Positions 26,460 to 41,116 of a stretch of 64,000 bases of DNA are shown piece by piece (the first letter of the stretch is position 1; every line of letters starts with the position of its first letter). This DNA comes from Eledone cirrhosa (lineage: Eukaryota), in contig OZ024743.1 of assembly GCA_964016885.1 (NCBI GenBank), forward strand, positions 325,748,001 through 325,812,000, read 5' to 3'. Both the position numbers and the translations under genes were made by a program. Below the pieces are notes generated by a model, which did not search any database, was not told the DNA's origin, and saw only the letters and a list, made by a program, of their open reading frames with translations.

Positions 26460-27269
26460 GATAAGATTATGTACATAGATAATGATAGACAAACTAAACA
26501 AAATAACAACTATTTTAATTACGGCAACAACCTTAACAACTATAATAGAAAGCATTACAATAATTCCAAAAGCCAAAAAAGAAATAGAACTAGGAACATA
26601 ATATGGTTTGCCCCCCCCCCCCCTTTCTCACTAAACATTAAAACCCACATCGCTAAACTATTTTTTAAAGCTCTTGATAATCGCTTCCCTAGAACACATA
26701 GGTATCACTCAATTTTCAATAGACATACTATAAAATTAACCTACTCATCCACCAAAAATTTAGCACAAAATATTAATAGAATAAATAATAGGAACTTAAA
26801 ACCTAGCGATAATAGCATAAATAATATACAAGATAACAAATGTAACTGTAGAGATAGATCTAAATGTCCGTTAAATAACAACTGCTTAGTTAAAAATATA
26901 ATATACAATTGTAATGTTAAAACTGACTCTAATTCTTTTAACTACGTCGGTTCCACATCGACGGAATTTAAACTTCGCTATAATAACCACAAGAATTCTT
27001 TCACAGATCCAAGCAAAAAATCTTCAACAGCACTATCAGGCGTACTCTGGCAACTTAGGCAAGATAACGTTAGATATTCGACGGCTTGGAATATAGCCTC
27101 AAGAGGGATTCCTTTTAATTCATCCTCTGAGACATGTGACCTCTGCGCAGAGGAGATATTCTTTATACTAAAATCTAAAAATTCCCTTAATCTACGGACA
27201 AATTTATTCAGTTGCTGCAAACATAGATTAAACTCAACTTTTAAATATAAATTTAAATTTAAAATGTAG
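26460..27269 (+). mobile_element. 5'-truncated Penelope-like element ORF (linker plus GIY-YIG endonuclease; possibly Naiad-type)
   Basis: RNIIWFAPP..FPRTHRYHSIFNRHTIKLTYS..CNCRDRSKCPLNNNC..IIYNC..NYVGSTSTEFKLRYNNH..CDLCAEE..CCKH; no RT domain present. Confidence 0.85.
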
Positions 27270-28612
27270 TATATTTAGTTTGATTTATAATTATTTGGGA
27301 AACTAGCCGATAAATCTTTCGATTTCTTCTTTTTATTCTTCTTTTTATTTTTATTTTTATTTTTATTTAAACATTCTTCATGAAAATTAAACTACCCTAA
27401 AAGGTGATGCTCCAAATATTTCGAATAAACGTTACACTAGATAAACTTCTATATTAAATATAAGAACATATGTAGACCAAATGGGCATCCTAAACTTTTT
27501 GAAATGATTTTTGCTAGACGCGATTTGATAAATAATTTTTAGCTTTATCTGTTTTCGACTCTGATGCTTATAATGAACTTGGCAATATATTGTCAATTAA
27601 TTTTGAAGGGTTGATCTTTGTGGTCGATTTGCGTGGCATATTATGTTTCTATTATGTTTTTATTTTTATTATTGTAATATTTTCTAATATTTTTATTTTT
27701 AATATGTAATATTTTTTAGTTTTCTATTTTATTATTATTTATTATTATTATTATTATTATTTTTTGTTTTTGTTTCTGATATTTTTTATTAATATATTGA
27801 AATCTGTTCTCTATTTCTGCTTGATAGATAATCATGTAGAGTAAAGACAAGATTAGTATTGTTAAAATTAATATAGACTCTATATATATGTGTATATATA
27901 TACACATATATGTATACTTAAATTTTTATAGCACAATGAGAATGTTCTCCGTGTGAAATAGGGGTTTGCAGAGTTGATCACGTAAATTCACATCGATGTT
28001 TGTAGTTATCATATAAATATATGAATTTTTAAAACTAAACATAAGATCATTACTTTTCACACATTATGGATACGTGTCTCATTCAGGAATACTGATATTT
28101 ACATTATAGTGCCTGGTTTTTATACGTACTAATATTTCTACATTAAAACATAGGGTTTTTAAATTATGCCTCGCCTATGTCTGGTTACTTTTCATTTTTC
28201 TCTCTATATAACGGCTGGTTTCTTTCCTAACCACATATATCTCCCTTACATTAATACTAGAGCTAAATAAATATATAAATAAATAAATGTATCATTGATA
28301 CGTTCATTCAACGGATGTCCAACTACCTACTTTTCTCTATATATATCTATCTCTATCTATTTCCTCTCTCTATATATATCTCTCTCTGTTTCCTTACATG
28401 AAGTTCTTCTCTTTATCTATCTTTCCATCTCTCTATTTTGTTGCATGCATTTCTTCTTTTTCTTCTTTTTCTTCGTTTTCTTTCTTTCTTTCCTTCTTTC
28501 GCTCTTTCTTTCTTTCTGTTTACAATTTTTCACTGCCAAATCAACTTTTTCAAATACAAGTCGATGTTGAACGGTATGTCAAATCTATTTATCTATAAAA
28601 CTGTCTATATTG

Positions 28613-28678
28613 TATTTTGTCTGAGGAAGGCATAACATATTGTTAATATGATATCCCTGAAATATATATAATGAAATA
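28613..28678 (+). ncRNA. Type I hammerhead in the presumed 3' pLTR of the upstream PLE
   Basis: TATTTTGT-CTGAGGA-AGG...CCT-GAAA-TATATA-TA-ATGAAATA; 8-bp stem I (2 G-U pairs), AUA triplet. Confidence 0.65.
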
Positions 28679-28805
28679 AATATGGTTTTATAAATATAGT
28701 TTCCATTTATTTAATATCGTAAATATACTCCAAATACTTGTTGAGTGCTTTTATATCAGTTATAAATATTTACTAGTTGTAACCCAACAATTTAAATATA
28801 ACTTT

Positions 28806-29590
<785 letters not shown>

Positions 29591-29827
29591 TTTTGGGGTT
29601 TTTTTTGTGTGTGTATTTGCATGTGTAGTTTTATTTTATTTTATTTTTCCTTTCCTTCTCCCTTCTCCAGCCTCACTTTCATATAGATTGCATTTTTGTT
29701 TTTGTAATCCAAATTCAATAAACAAACCAGGATTTTTTCGTTCTGAGGATTGAAAGCAAAACCTTTTGCTTTTAGGAAACCACTGGTAAATGGAATAATT
29801 GCCTTATGTTGTTTATTACATAATAAT

Positions 29828-29914
<87 letters not shown>

Positions 29915-29918
<4 letters not shown>

Positions 29919-32861
29919 ACGTAGTTTAGAAAGCCACAACAATGCAGAGGGAAATCTCGAGGTAGGAAGTGAATGATAGATAAGAGAAATAGGAGAAAGT
30001 GAAAATAGAGAGAGACAAAGATGAAAACAAAACAAACGTAGAAGGGTTACCGTAGTGGAGATTTAATCCCAATATTTCGGGCTCACGCCCATCAACGGGG
30101 GAAAGTTCCGAAGGGGGGGGAACAGGCTAAGCGGAGAAAGTTGTGATGTCGTTAAAACAGGAATGCCGTTATGGGGAGAAAAATTATTTAAAATTTAAAT
30201 GAGGGAAAGAATGCGCGTGCGCGTGATAGGCTGTGGCAAAAGCTACAGACCAAATGGGTTAAATCAAGAGGGTGCGCTAGCGTGTGAAAGCCGTAAAATA
30301 TGTGTGTGTAAATATTTATGTGTGTGTAACTGTGTGTGTATATGTGTAAGTGTGTATATGTGTGAGTGTGTGTGTGTGAAAGATAGTGGGCTGTAGAAGC
30401 TGGAAATCATAGGGTGTGAAAGGTGGTAGGTTGTAAAACATGTGTGCGTGTATAAACATGTGTGTGTGTAAGCGTATGGGTATACATGTGTGTGTAACTG
30501 TGTGTGTGTATGTGTGAGTGCGTGTGTGTGTGAAAGATAGTGGGCTGTAGAAGCTGGAAATCAAAGGGTGTGAAAGGTGGTAGGTTGTAAAACATGTGTG
30601 CGTGTATAAATATAGATGTGTATGTGTATGCGTATGGGTATGCATATACGTGCGTGTGTGTGAAAATAGCAGGCCGTAAGGGCTGTGAATGGTCACTATG
30701 GTTAAGTTAGCCATGTCAGCTCATTACTCTCAGCCCGGTTGTTAAGTGGGGGTCTGAGGTTCTTAATAACAAGTGCTTCCTTTATCCTTAAGGATCCGAT
30801 GCTGCGTTCAGTCGCTAGGACTGTGACCAAGGGTCTACCCTGTGGGTTTCCGCATTTAAGGACGTGTTTACGGAAGGAAGATGCGTTGGTGTTGATATGT
30901 TCCTTGATACGAACATGTAGGGGTCGGATGGTGCTACCTATGTAAAACTTGTTACATTTATCGCATTGAATCTTATATACGACATAGGTGCGTAGGCAAT
31001 CTGCCCCCCGTATCGGGCAGTTGCTGAGGGAACACGTCCCATCTGACTCGTCGGGTTTGTTGGAGAGGCATCTTCGCAGCGAAGGTCCTGTGTGGGCCAA
31101 ATGTATGTCAAGTCCCTCCGTCCGTATGGCCCTGCGGATGGCGTTCGTGGTATATTCACTCAGGTGGGGGATTTTAAAGAAGCACCTGCTTTTATTTGAG
31201 TTTCTAGTGGGTGTCTGTCTATTGGGTCTGGGGTCTCTAATTCCGTTAATCAGTCGCTTGGGATATCCATTAGACCTGAGTAGATTACGGAATTGTGTGG
31301 TATGGGTGAGACCACCCATCGGGTCGCTGCATCTGTTAGTGATACGTGTCAGTTCATTTAGGACATAGCCTCTCTTAGCGTTGTTGGGGAGGGCTGAGTT
31401 GTAATGCACAAATAAGTCCTTGCACGCTGCTTTGCGGTAGAAGGTGGTGTTTATGTCTCCTTCTTCCGAGATGTTGATACGGAAGTCGAGGAGGGCGAGT
31501 GACCCGTCTTCTCCTGGGTGTTCGATGGTGAAATCGACGTGATGGTCAGTATCGTTGAAGATTTGGTGAATTTCATTCGCCATCTCCCGGGAAGAAGTAA
31601 GTATCAGGATGTCATCAACGTATCTGGAGTAGAAGGCGACGGCGTTGGGTTGGCAGGTATTGAGTGCCTTGCGTTCCAGGTGGTCCATGTACGAGATCGC
31701 AAGTATGCCGGACAGACTAGAGCCCATAGGTAGCCCAGAGATTTGTTTGTACGTGTGGCCGAGGAAATTGAAGAGTGCATTATCCACAACGAAGGAGAGG
31801 AGTTGGTGGATGTCCGTGTGTGTGAGTCCGAAGCAGTGTAAGTTAGATGCTCGGACTCGTTCGGTCAACAGGTCGACGGCTGGGGATGCTGGTACGGAGG
31901 TATAAAGGGCGACCACACCAAGACTGAAGGCATAACCGTTGTCCTTTCTGGTGCTGGGCGCCAGATGGTGTAGTCGCTCCAAGACCTCCTTTGAGCTGCA
32001 GACGTGGGCTGGTAGTGTGTGTAGAATAGGTTTCAGTAGTGTGGAGAGCAGCCACGATATTTTGTAGAGTGGGCCCTCCACGCTAGAGACAATGGGCCTG
32101 ATTTTCAAATCGGGTCCTTGTTTATGTGTTTTAACCAGGTGGTAGAAGGTGGGTAGTTTGCTGTTTCGAGTCATTATGTTGTTTTTTACCTTCTTTGGCA
32201 GTTTTCGTTGGACACAGATGTTAGTCCATATGGTGTTAATGCCTTCCTCGATTAAAGTCGAGGAGGTCCCTGTGACTTTCGAGTAGAGGCTGTGGTCATT
32301 AAGATGTTGGAGAGCCAAGTTGTTGTAGGTCTCTCTCGAGATGACACAGAATTCTTTCCCCTTGTCAGAGGGAAGGTACACAAGGTTCCTGGATCTTAGG
32401 TTGGTGAGAGTGTTGAATTGTGCATTGGTGAGGTTGCGTTTATTGTGTGTGTGTGTTGGGAAAAGATGCTAGAGATAGAATGTTTCAACCTGAGTAGTTT
32501 AGTGTCAAGTTCGTGGTTGGTGGGTGGGGGTGGAGTGGGTTGTCGAGGTGGTACGTGGGGAGTGTGGGGTGGGTTGTGGGGTTGTAATCGATCTCGGTGT
32601 TGTTGTTTTGGATGGCGGTTAGCCATTTCAGTTGATATGCTGTCCGACAGAAGTTGGTTTCGATGTCGAGTTTCAGTCTATCATCGAGACGCTGTGTAAT
32701 GATGAACTTGGGTCCGAGGCGCAGAAGTTCGAGTTCGTCGTTGGTGAGGGTACCGGTTAGGTCAGTAACGAGGTGTGAAGCATCGTTGGTAGGTAGATCG
32801 ATGTTGGGGGGTGTAGCGGAGGGTGTTGTATAGCTGTTGCCCCTGGTGTGGTTGCAGTCGG

Positions 32862-32865
<4 letters not shown>
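29915..32865 (-). mobile_element. Penelope-like retroelement (RT plus GIY-YIG), 5'-truncated, bounded by (TA)n on both sides
   Basis: Contains the 559-aa ORF at 30702-32381, a 3' region with a ~128-bp tandem duplication, and a degenerate hammerhead at 30067-30100. Confidence 0.88.
30702..32381 (-). pseudogene. PLE reverse transcriptase-GIY-YIG ORF (partial, likely inactive)
   Basis: YLPSDKG, KTHK..IRPIVS, GLPMGSSLSG, RYVDD, LDF, FYRK, VVYKIQC..FYIGST..R..EH, E..I..P.LN; the motif-A Asp is replaced (FSLGVVALYT) and the frame is broken upstream. Confidence 0.9.
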
Positions 32866-32920
<55 letters not shown>

Positions 32921-33768
32921 CTAGTGGGTCCGGGTAAGCTTTTTACATTCATATGATTTATTGATATTTTATCTGAGTGACCCGAATCTTCCTGGTCGTA
33001 ATTTTTCGGCCGCATGGGTGATTTTCGACATAATCTTTGTGTGTTGGTATTTTAACGATAGTTATAGCTCTGATTTATCTGAATTATTGAGCCCTCTGCC
33101 ACTCATGTCGAATTTGTTTATCGTAAACTCGTGAGCCGATTTTCCGATACTCGATTATTCTACTATATTTAGCTCTAGACTTAGCTATTGACCAGTTAAT
33201 TTTATTGTTCATTTTTTGTCGATTCTATTAAATGATGAATAGCTCCTGTTTATTTTAACATGTCTATTGAGCACTCTTATTCGATATGTGATTTCCCACA
33301 TTACCGAATATCTTTCGCGGATATAGAGGTTATCTCCCTTGCTGGACACCATGTGCGTCTCAGCTAGGGTTAGCTTTTTTATTCGTTTGGACAAGACCCG
33401 TTGATAAAGTATTCCGGTCCGCCGCTCTCTAGAAGTCTTATATATTTTTATGTGGGCTGATAGGGGACGGATTAAGGAATTACAGAAACCCAAGAAGCTA
33501 GATTTACCATCTTTCTAGTGGGTCCGGGTAAGCTTTTTACATTCATATGATTTATTGATTTATTGATATTTTATCTGAGTGACCCGAATCTTCCTGGTCG
33601 TAATTTTTCGGCCGCATGGGTGATTTTCGACATAATCTTTGTGTGTTGGTATTTTAACGATAGTTATAGCTCTGATTTATCTGAATTATTGAGCCCTCTG
33701 CCACTCATGTCGAATTTGTTTATCGTAAACTCGTGAGCCGATTTTCCGATACTCAATTATTCTACTAT
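32921..33768. repeat. 594-bp non-coding unit in partial tandem (1.4 copies) between (TA)n and (GATA)n
   Basis: CTAGTGGGTCCGGGTAAGC starts at 32921 and 33515; ~250 bp is duplicated almost exactly. Confidence 0.85.
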
Positions 33769-33776
33769 ATATATAG

Positions 33777-33807
<31 letters not shown>

Positions 33808-34108
33808 GATAGATAGATATGTGAAGGTACGTGGCTGAGTGGTTAGAGAATTGGATTTGCAATTGTTAGGTTGTGAGTTTGTTATGTCCTTAAGCAATAT
33901 ATATATATACATACATATATATATACACAGAGATATCCACAGTAAGTTGTGGGGTCTATTCTGCATGAAGAACTCGATGTAATCCATATGTTGAAAATGT
34001 TGGAGGTTAAGATAAATCTCAGAAAACAATAAAACATTAAAAGGAAAACAGAGTCATGATATAAGTTAAAACAATGAAATAAAAAATCAACTCATTAGAG
34101 ATATACTT

Positions 34109-34250
34109 CACTGCTTTACGATCGTTTCTAGGTGATGGCAATACATTGTAGCTATACTCAGTTATTGACCTATGTAAGGTTAGTTACAAACTATCAGATA
34201 AAGAGAATATTTACTTACATGCATATCACCAGCTGTTTTCAAAAGCAATA
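34109..34250 (-). ncRNA. Decayed long-stem-II hammerhead (same family as 24270-24420)
   Basis: TATTGCTT-TTGAAAA-[..GGTGAT...ATCACCta]-GAAA-CGATCG-TA-AAGCAGTG; the core has C3>U and G8>A changes. A partial inverted copy lies at ~36800-36950. Confidence 0.55.
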
Positions 34251-35135
34251 ATAATTTTATTCAATAATAATTTTATTCAGAATTAGTGGTATGTTAGTAT
34301 TATGTTCTTATTTGAAGGTAGTTGAAGAACTAACCAATCAAATTGTTTTTTTCATATGGTGTTAAGATGAAAAGTAATATACTTTAGTTGAGGTCATGAC
34401 CCTTTGAAAGGAATGGTTGAAGGGTGTTAATAGTAGAATTGGCATAAAAATCTATTAGGAGGAAAGGGATTGTCAAACTGATAGTTGAATGTATCTGGTA
34501 TAGTGAATTTAAAAGGAATGTCAAAATAAATTGTGATTATTGTTGTATTGAGTTTTAAGGTGAATATAAATTAAGGTTATGGCTAGGAAAGATAGTATAT
34601 TAAAAGCTGAAAATTATAATAAGATAATTGTTTTTATTTTAGGCACAAGGCCAGCAATAACCCAGTACATTACTGGTACTTTATTTTATAAGGATGAAAG
34701 GTAAAGTTAACCTCGGCAGGATTTGAACTCATAATAAGATAATGAAATACAGTAATGCGATAATATACAATTTAACCAACACAATATAGTACGGTGTAGT
34801 AAATTGCACTTAGTATAATATAGCATATGATACGCTCTAAAATACTATCAAGTATGTTTATGCATAAATAATCAAACTCAGATAAATACTTGTTGGCATA
34901 GTTAAAACACATAAATTTCATAGATTACAAAGTGCATATACCCACATTATATAGAGAGAGAGGTACAGTTAAATTGATATCCAACCAAAAATATACATAC
35001 GCACAAATAAATGTAAATCTAAATACACATTTATCATATACATATCCATACATATCTATATCCACACATACACATCTATACCCACATATATACATATATA
35101 TATACACACACACTCATACATATATATATATACAT

Positions 35136-35202
<67 letters not shown>

Positions 35203-35469
35203 TATATATATATATATACATATATACACACACACATACACATATATATACATGTGTGAGTATATGTACACTCCTTGTACATGTTCACATACTCATATAT
35301 AAACACTCATACACCTATATTCACATATACACACACACACAAACACACATATATATATATACATATATATATATACACACACATGCACATACACACATAC
35401 ATATACAAGTATATATACATACACACATACACATACATAAATATATATACATATATATACATATATATA

Positions 35470-35775
35470 TCATCATCATCATCATCATCATTTCATTTTA
35501 CATCCGCTTTTCCCTGCTTGCAAGGGTGGGACGGGAACTGATTCTGGCTTGATTTCTACAGCTGGATGCCCTTCCTAACACCAACCTCATTTACAGTGAG
35601 TGCTAGGAGCTTTTTTGCCGTGGCACCTCCACGACCACTTTGCAGTGGAATGATATGGACCCCAGTCCCTATCATCTCATTTCTACAGCTGAGTAAACTG
35701 CAGCAATGTGAAATAAAGTGTCTTGCTCAAAGAAACAACACATCACCCGGTCTGAGAATTGAACTCACAACCTTT
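35470..35775 (-). mobile_element. CORE-SINE with RTE-like tail and (ATG)n end
   Basis: Reverse complement of the copy at 46700-46995. Confidence 0.85.
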
Positions 35776-36029
35776 TTATATATATTTACTCATGCAATTA
35801 CGGGTGGCTGTGTATCTTGTTGCCTTTAGTCATTAACACATAAATCTAAGGAAGCCAAAACATTAAAAGGCCAAAATAAGCATGAATGCATATAATTAGG
35901 GGAAAGAGGTACTAATAAATGTTACTCTATATGGAATTATAGTGAGTTGCTATTTAGAATATTTAATTAGGTTTATAGTATTTAAATGTTCTTCGTATAC
36001 AGTGATTACAAACTATGATCAATTCCTGT

Positions 36030-36800
36030 CTTTTATTTAATAAATCATCCTTAGATTTAGTAATTTCCAAAATCTACCCTGAATATAATCTGCATTCCCT
36101 CCTGTTCCCAAGATATGGAGTTCTTTGTAGAATGGTGTTCCACGATAGCTTGAAATCTATTTTTTTCTTTTTATAATTATTTACCGCTTCAGCTAAAGAT
36201 GTGGTGTTAGCTACTAGAGTGTGTACTAGAGTGTGCGTAAAATCTTTTCTTAAATGTGTTTGATGTAGATCCTATATATGTTTTGTTGGAGTCTGTAGTA
36301 GACACAGTGCATTTATATATTACATTATTAATCAAACAGTTTCCATTTAAGGGGCAAATGCTTCTCTTTCTGCAATTACAGCCATACGTGAGATGGTTGT
36401 TTGGGGTGCCTATACTATTCTCATTAATCCTTGAGCTATTCCTATTGTAATTAATGGTAGCAGGAGAATGAAAGTTGCTTTGTGGGTGGTTTGGTGCTAG
36501 AGTTGTATTGTGATTTTGTGTTCTGTTGTTTTTGTGTTGGTGATTTGGGTGGTTGTGTTTTCTAGGTTGAAGGATTGTATTATTTGCCTTTTTAAAAGGT
36601 GCAGTCCTATTTAAATTATGTTGTGGTGGTGTAGTCATATTATTTTTAAGTTTATAAATGTTGTAGTTGCTTATTTTTTGTTGGAGATTGCTTGGTGTAG
36701 AGTATGAGAATTTAACAGTATATTTGTTAAATATTTGGTGGTATCTGTGGTTTGGTGGAAAATGTTTATGTAGAATTTCAAAGAATTTTTGGGGGAAGTA
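36030..36800 (-). mobile_element. Degraded PLE GIY-YIG fragment
   Basis: GCNCRKRSICPLNGNCLINNVIYKCTV..TYIGSTSNTFKKRFYAH; same type as the 26.5-27.3 kb ORF. Confidence 0.82.
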
Positions 36801-36947
36801 AATATTCTCTTTATCTGATAGTTTGTAACTAACCTTACATAGATCAATAACTGAGTATAACTACAATGTATTATCATCATCTAGAAACGATCGTAAAGCA
36901 GTGAAGTATATCTCTAATGACTTGATTTTTTTATTTCATTGTTTTAA

Positions 36948-37016
<69 letters not shown>

Positions 37017-38242
37017 TGGCCAATTCTGGCAAGACTTGTTTCTCGATGTAGACGACCCGTCTAAACCATGCAAGCATGGAAAATGGACATTAAATGGTGA
37101 TGATGATGATGATATATATATAGGAGATGAATAGGAGTAGATATATCACTTGTTCATTATCAAGTGTGAAAAGTTCAATGTATTAATCACTTATGGAAAA
37201 ATACAGAGCATAATAATTTAATTTAGGGGAAAAACCAAAGATAACATCATTTTAGTTACTTCTACATTCTTTTCAATTTTAACGACATAAAATCACAAAA
37301 TATAAATTATGATTTGCAGTTTTTCATATCTATCACTTTCTGATCATTGCCTGGTATTTTGGGGATATACATCCCAAAAATCTAATATTGGTTTCCTTGA
37401 AGAGATTTTGTGATATGTGATTGCAATTGTTTATTGATTTGATTGATCTGTAAATTAATTAATCTGCAGATCAGCGCAAGAGAATGTGACCGCATCACTG
37501 GGGTAGCGAAGATGGGTGTTCTACACCTTTACATATCCCTTATATCAAATACACTTCTACATATGTTCAATTATTATTTTAACAAACTATTTTAACGTAT
37601 CTAAATTTATCTAAAAATCTTCCATTGTGATTTTATGAATGAACCTTTATATTAAGTTCCAAATACTAGCTTATTACAACTTTTATTAATCCTTTAGCAT
37701 TTAAACCAACTGTATCCGACTAGAGTTCTCTCATCTCTTTCTGTTCAAACCAGCTGTAACTGGCCACTCATACTTATGTTAAGGTATTGTTCTCAAAATA
37801 AATAGCATCAAAATCTCATAGCTTTCATATTATGTGAGATAATTATGTGAGGTAAATCTTTTACCATAAAAATACAATAGTATATATAAAGTAATGTAAA
37901 TGCTAAAGGGTTAAAGTAACATATAAATATGTGTGTGTGAGTGTGTGTATGTATGTGTGTGCACGTGTGCTGTGTGTATATATGTTTAACTCTTTAATGT
38001 TCAAACCGGCCAAAACCGGCCAGAATTCTCTACCTTTTTCTGTTGAAACTGGCTGTAACTGGTTGCTCAAACTGATGTTAAGGTATTGTTCTCAAAATAA
38101 ATACTTTCAAAATCTCATAGATTCGATACTAGGTGAGATATTTATGTGAGGTAAAGCTTTTACCATGAAAATATAATAGTATATATAGAGTAATGTGAAT
38201 GCTAAAGGGTTAAGTAAATGGAATACATCTAGCTGTTATCAA

Positions 38243-38349
<107 letters not shown>

Positions 38350-38578
38350 TTCTCTCGGCAGTAGTATATTGAAAGAATTGTAGTAGTTATATTGTTTTTT
38401 ATTTGAAAGTATTGTTACAAAGGTTGTTAGTTGTTAGGGATATTAGTGTTGGATTAAATTCTTTCATATTTATTCTGGCTGACTATGTTATGAGTTTAAA
38501 TCTTGCTGAGGTCAACATTGCCTTTTATCCTTTCAAGGTTGATAAACAAAGTATCAGTCCCATGTTTGAGGCAATTAT

Positions 38579-38616
<38 letters not shown>

Positions 38617-38655
38617 TTTCTCCCTGTCTCTCCCCGTCTGCCCATCAATCTATCT

Positions 38656-41033
38656 GCGTCTCTCGAACACGGACGCCGAGTTCTGCGATAGACCAATCAC
38701 GGAGACTGAGATACGGGACGCTCTGGATCGCTGTGGGAAACGCAAATCACCCGGTTTAGATGGTCTACCCTATGAGTTTTACATAGGCAAGCCGGACATG
38801 TTCTCTGGCGTCCTCGAAGCCGTCTACTGCAATTGGCAGCAGAACGGGAGAATTCCCAGTGCTGCAGGCAAGGACATAATAACGCTGATCAGGAAAGACG
38901 AGAACAAGGGGGACGAAATTAACAACTTCAGGCCCATAACTCTGCTCAACACAGAGTTAAAGATTTTGGCCAAGGTGCTAGCGACGAGGTTGGCACTTGT
39001 CGTCGAGAACCTGGTAGGGAAAGCGCAAACATGTGCAATCCCAACCAGGTCCATACACGACAACCTCCACCTCATGCGATACATCATAGAGAGGGTGGGT
39101 AGTAAACCCGGCTTCGGTGGGGCTCTGATCAATTTGGATCAGTCTAAGGCATTCGATAGGATCAACCGTCGATGCTTGGAAATGGTTCTCAAGGCGGCCG
39201 GTTTCGGACCTGTGTTCAGAGGCTGGATCGAGGCGATGCACACCAGCATTTTCTCGAGGGTCAAGGTGAACGGCTACCTATCGGAGCCATTCGCAATCAC
39301 GCGTTCCATTCGACAGGGGTGCCTTCTCTCCTCCATTCTGTATGTATTGACTCTAGAACCACTACTGCAGAAATTGGAGCTGTTGCAGGGACTGCGCAAA
39401 GCGGCGTCGGCTTATACCGACGACGTGACAGTAATGATGTCGAGCACCTCGGAAATCGGGGTGATCGGCAACTTACTGAAAGAATACGAAACGCTGACGG
39501 GAGCAAAACTAAACCCGGACAAGTCTGTTGGTTTGCAACTCGGTACGTGGAGAGCAAACTGATGACGTCCGACAGCGTCGTTGGACGCTGGACGGACGGA
39601 CTGGTGAAATTGCTCGGAGTCTGGTTCGGTCCAGAACTCCAGGTGGAGAAAAACTGGAATGAGGTTACGGCCAAGGTGTTTGCACTCACCCAGAAGTAGG
39701 CAGAGTGCAAACTGTCCTTGAAAGGTCGAGCGGAGGTGGCGAACACTTTCATAGCGTCCGTCATCTACTACCGCTTGACTGTCGTGCCTTGTCCCCGTGA
39801 ACACCTCTCCAAGATGAAATGCATGCTCTTCCAGTTTCTGTGGAAGAAGCAGGCTCCGCTGGTGAGGAGATTCGTCTGCTGTCAGCACCCTTCCAACGGA
39901 GGGCTGGGAATGCCGTGGCTGATGATGCCCAAACATGCGCTGAGGCTGCGGCATCTCCAGGTATTCCTCACCGACCCCCAACCGGTGTGGGCACCGTTTG
40001 TGAGACAGGCTTTCCCACAGCTCATCTCGCTGACGGAGCTGCAGTCCTGGGTCAAGAAAAAACTGAAAACGATGGGCGCCTGGCACATTGAGTGCGCTCA
40101 GGCGCTCACAGTCCTCTGGCAAGCGGGCGCAGCAATCAGTGGAGACTCCACTTCGACATTCTATAGAGGGATTGTACGTTACAAGGGCGACGACGTGCTC
40201 GGAGAGACTCTGGGCGTCGAAGACGATGAGCTCACCAGTCTGTTTGGTAGGACTTTCCACCCGGGACCTATGGACAACTTCCAGAGGTCCCTGGTCTGGC
40301 AGTGCTACCAAGGTGCTCTACCGGTTTGTGACAAGATCTATAGGCACGGACGCCCTGGCAGGGATCCTTCCAAGAGGACGTGTCCAAGATGCGCGCAGGA
40401 CATTGAAACAGTCCTGCACACAATTGTACAGTGCCTGGGCGTAACCGACCTGTGGAACTATGCAGAACAACTGCTGTCGCGTATGGGACAAATCCAGTTG
40501 ACTGCCGAGTCCATAGTAAGGATCAAACCACCAGCCTCTTTCAAAAACGAAAGAGAGGCGGTTTTCCTCTGTACGGTGGCTATGGTGAAAGAAGTTATAT
40601 GGTGGACGAGGTTGAGAGGACTGAGGACAGATGCCTTTCTCTCCGGACAACAATTGATTCCCTTCTTTAAGTATCACTTTAGAAGGAGAATCAGGGTGGA
40701 GAGAGAGGCACTGCACCCCAGTAAATTTACTGAAAGGTGGGTGAATGAAGCAAAAATGGCCCGAGTGATTGGGCCTTCTCTGTTTATAAGCCTGTAGGTT
40801 GAAGAAGAGAGCAAAAGGAAGAAAGGAGCACTTGCACAACACGCTCCTGCAGTTGAGGGTTGTTCTATCGACGGGGTATTAAACAACCCATTTGTGGCGC
40901 TTCCCCCCTATTGGGGATTTCGATTGTTGTAATTGTTTGTTTTTATATTTTTTACACGACTGTATGTAAAATCCCCGGCATGTCTTTGTATTATCCCCTT
41001 TTCTTGTGCGCCCTTGTGGCTAATAAAGAAATA

Positions 41034-41040
<7 letters not shown>
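38656..41040 (+). mobile_element. Tx1/L1-clade LINE, 5'-truncated ORF2 with a frameshift (~39560) and a nonsense codon (39697-39699)
   Basis: KSPGLDGLPYEFY, NFRPITLLNTELKILAK, LDQSKAFDR, SIRQGCLLS, AYTDD, GGLG, CPRC..ET..H...C zinc knuckle; AATAAA followed by (TATC)n. Confidence 0.92.
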
Positions 41041-41065
<25 letters not shown>

Positions 41066-41116
41066 ATTCTATCTACCTGCCTATCTATTTATCAATCTAT
41101 CTATCTATCATCATAG

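Noticed and set aside
33300-33370. Minus-strand CTGAGAC...GCGAAAGATATTC as a possible hammerhead in the 594-bp unit
   Set aside because: The core is one nucleotide short and stems I and II do not pair convincingly.
39412-40311. 299-aa antisense ORF and other overlapping ORFs in the Tx1 and PLE copies
   Set aside because: Shadow frames of GC-rich retroelement coding sequence.
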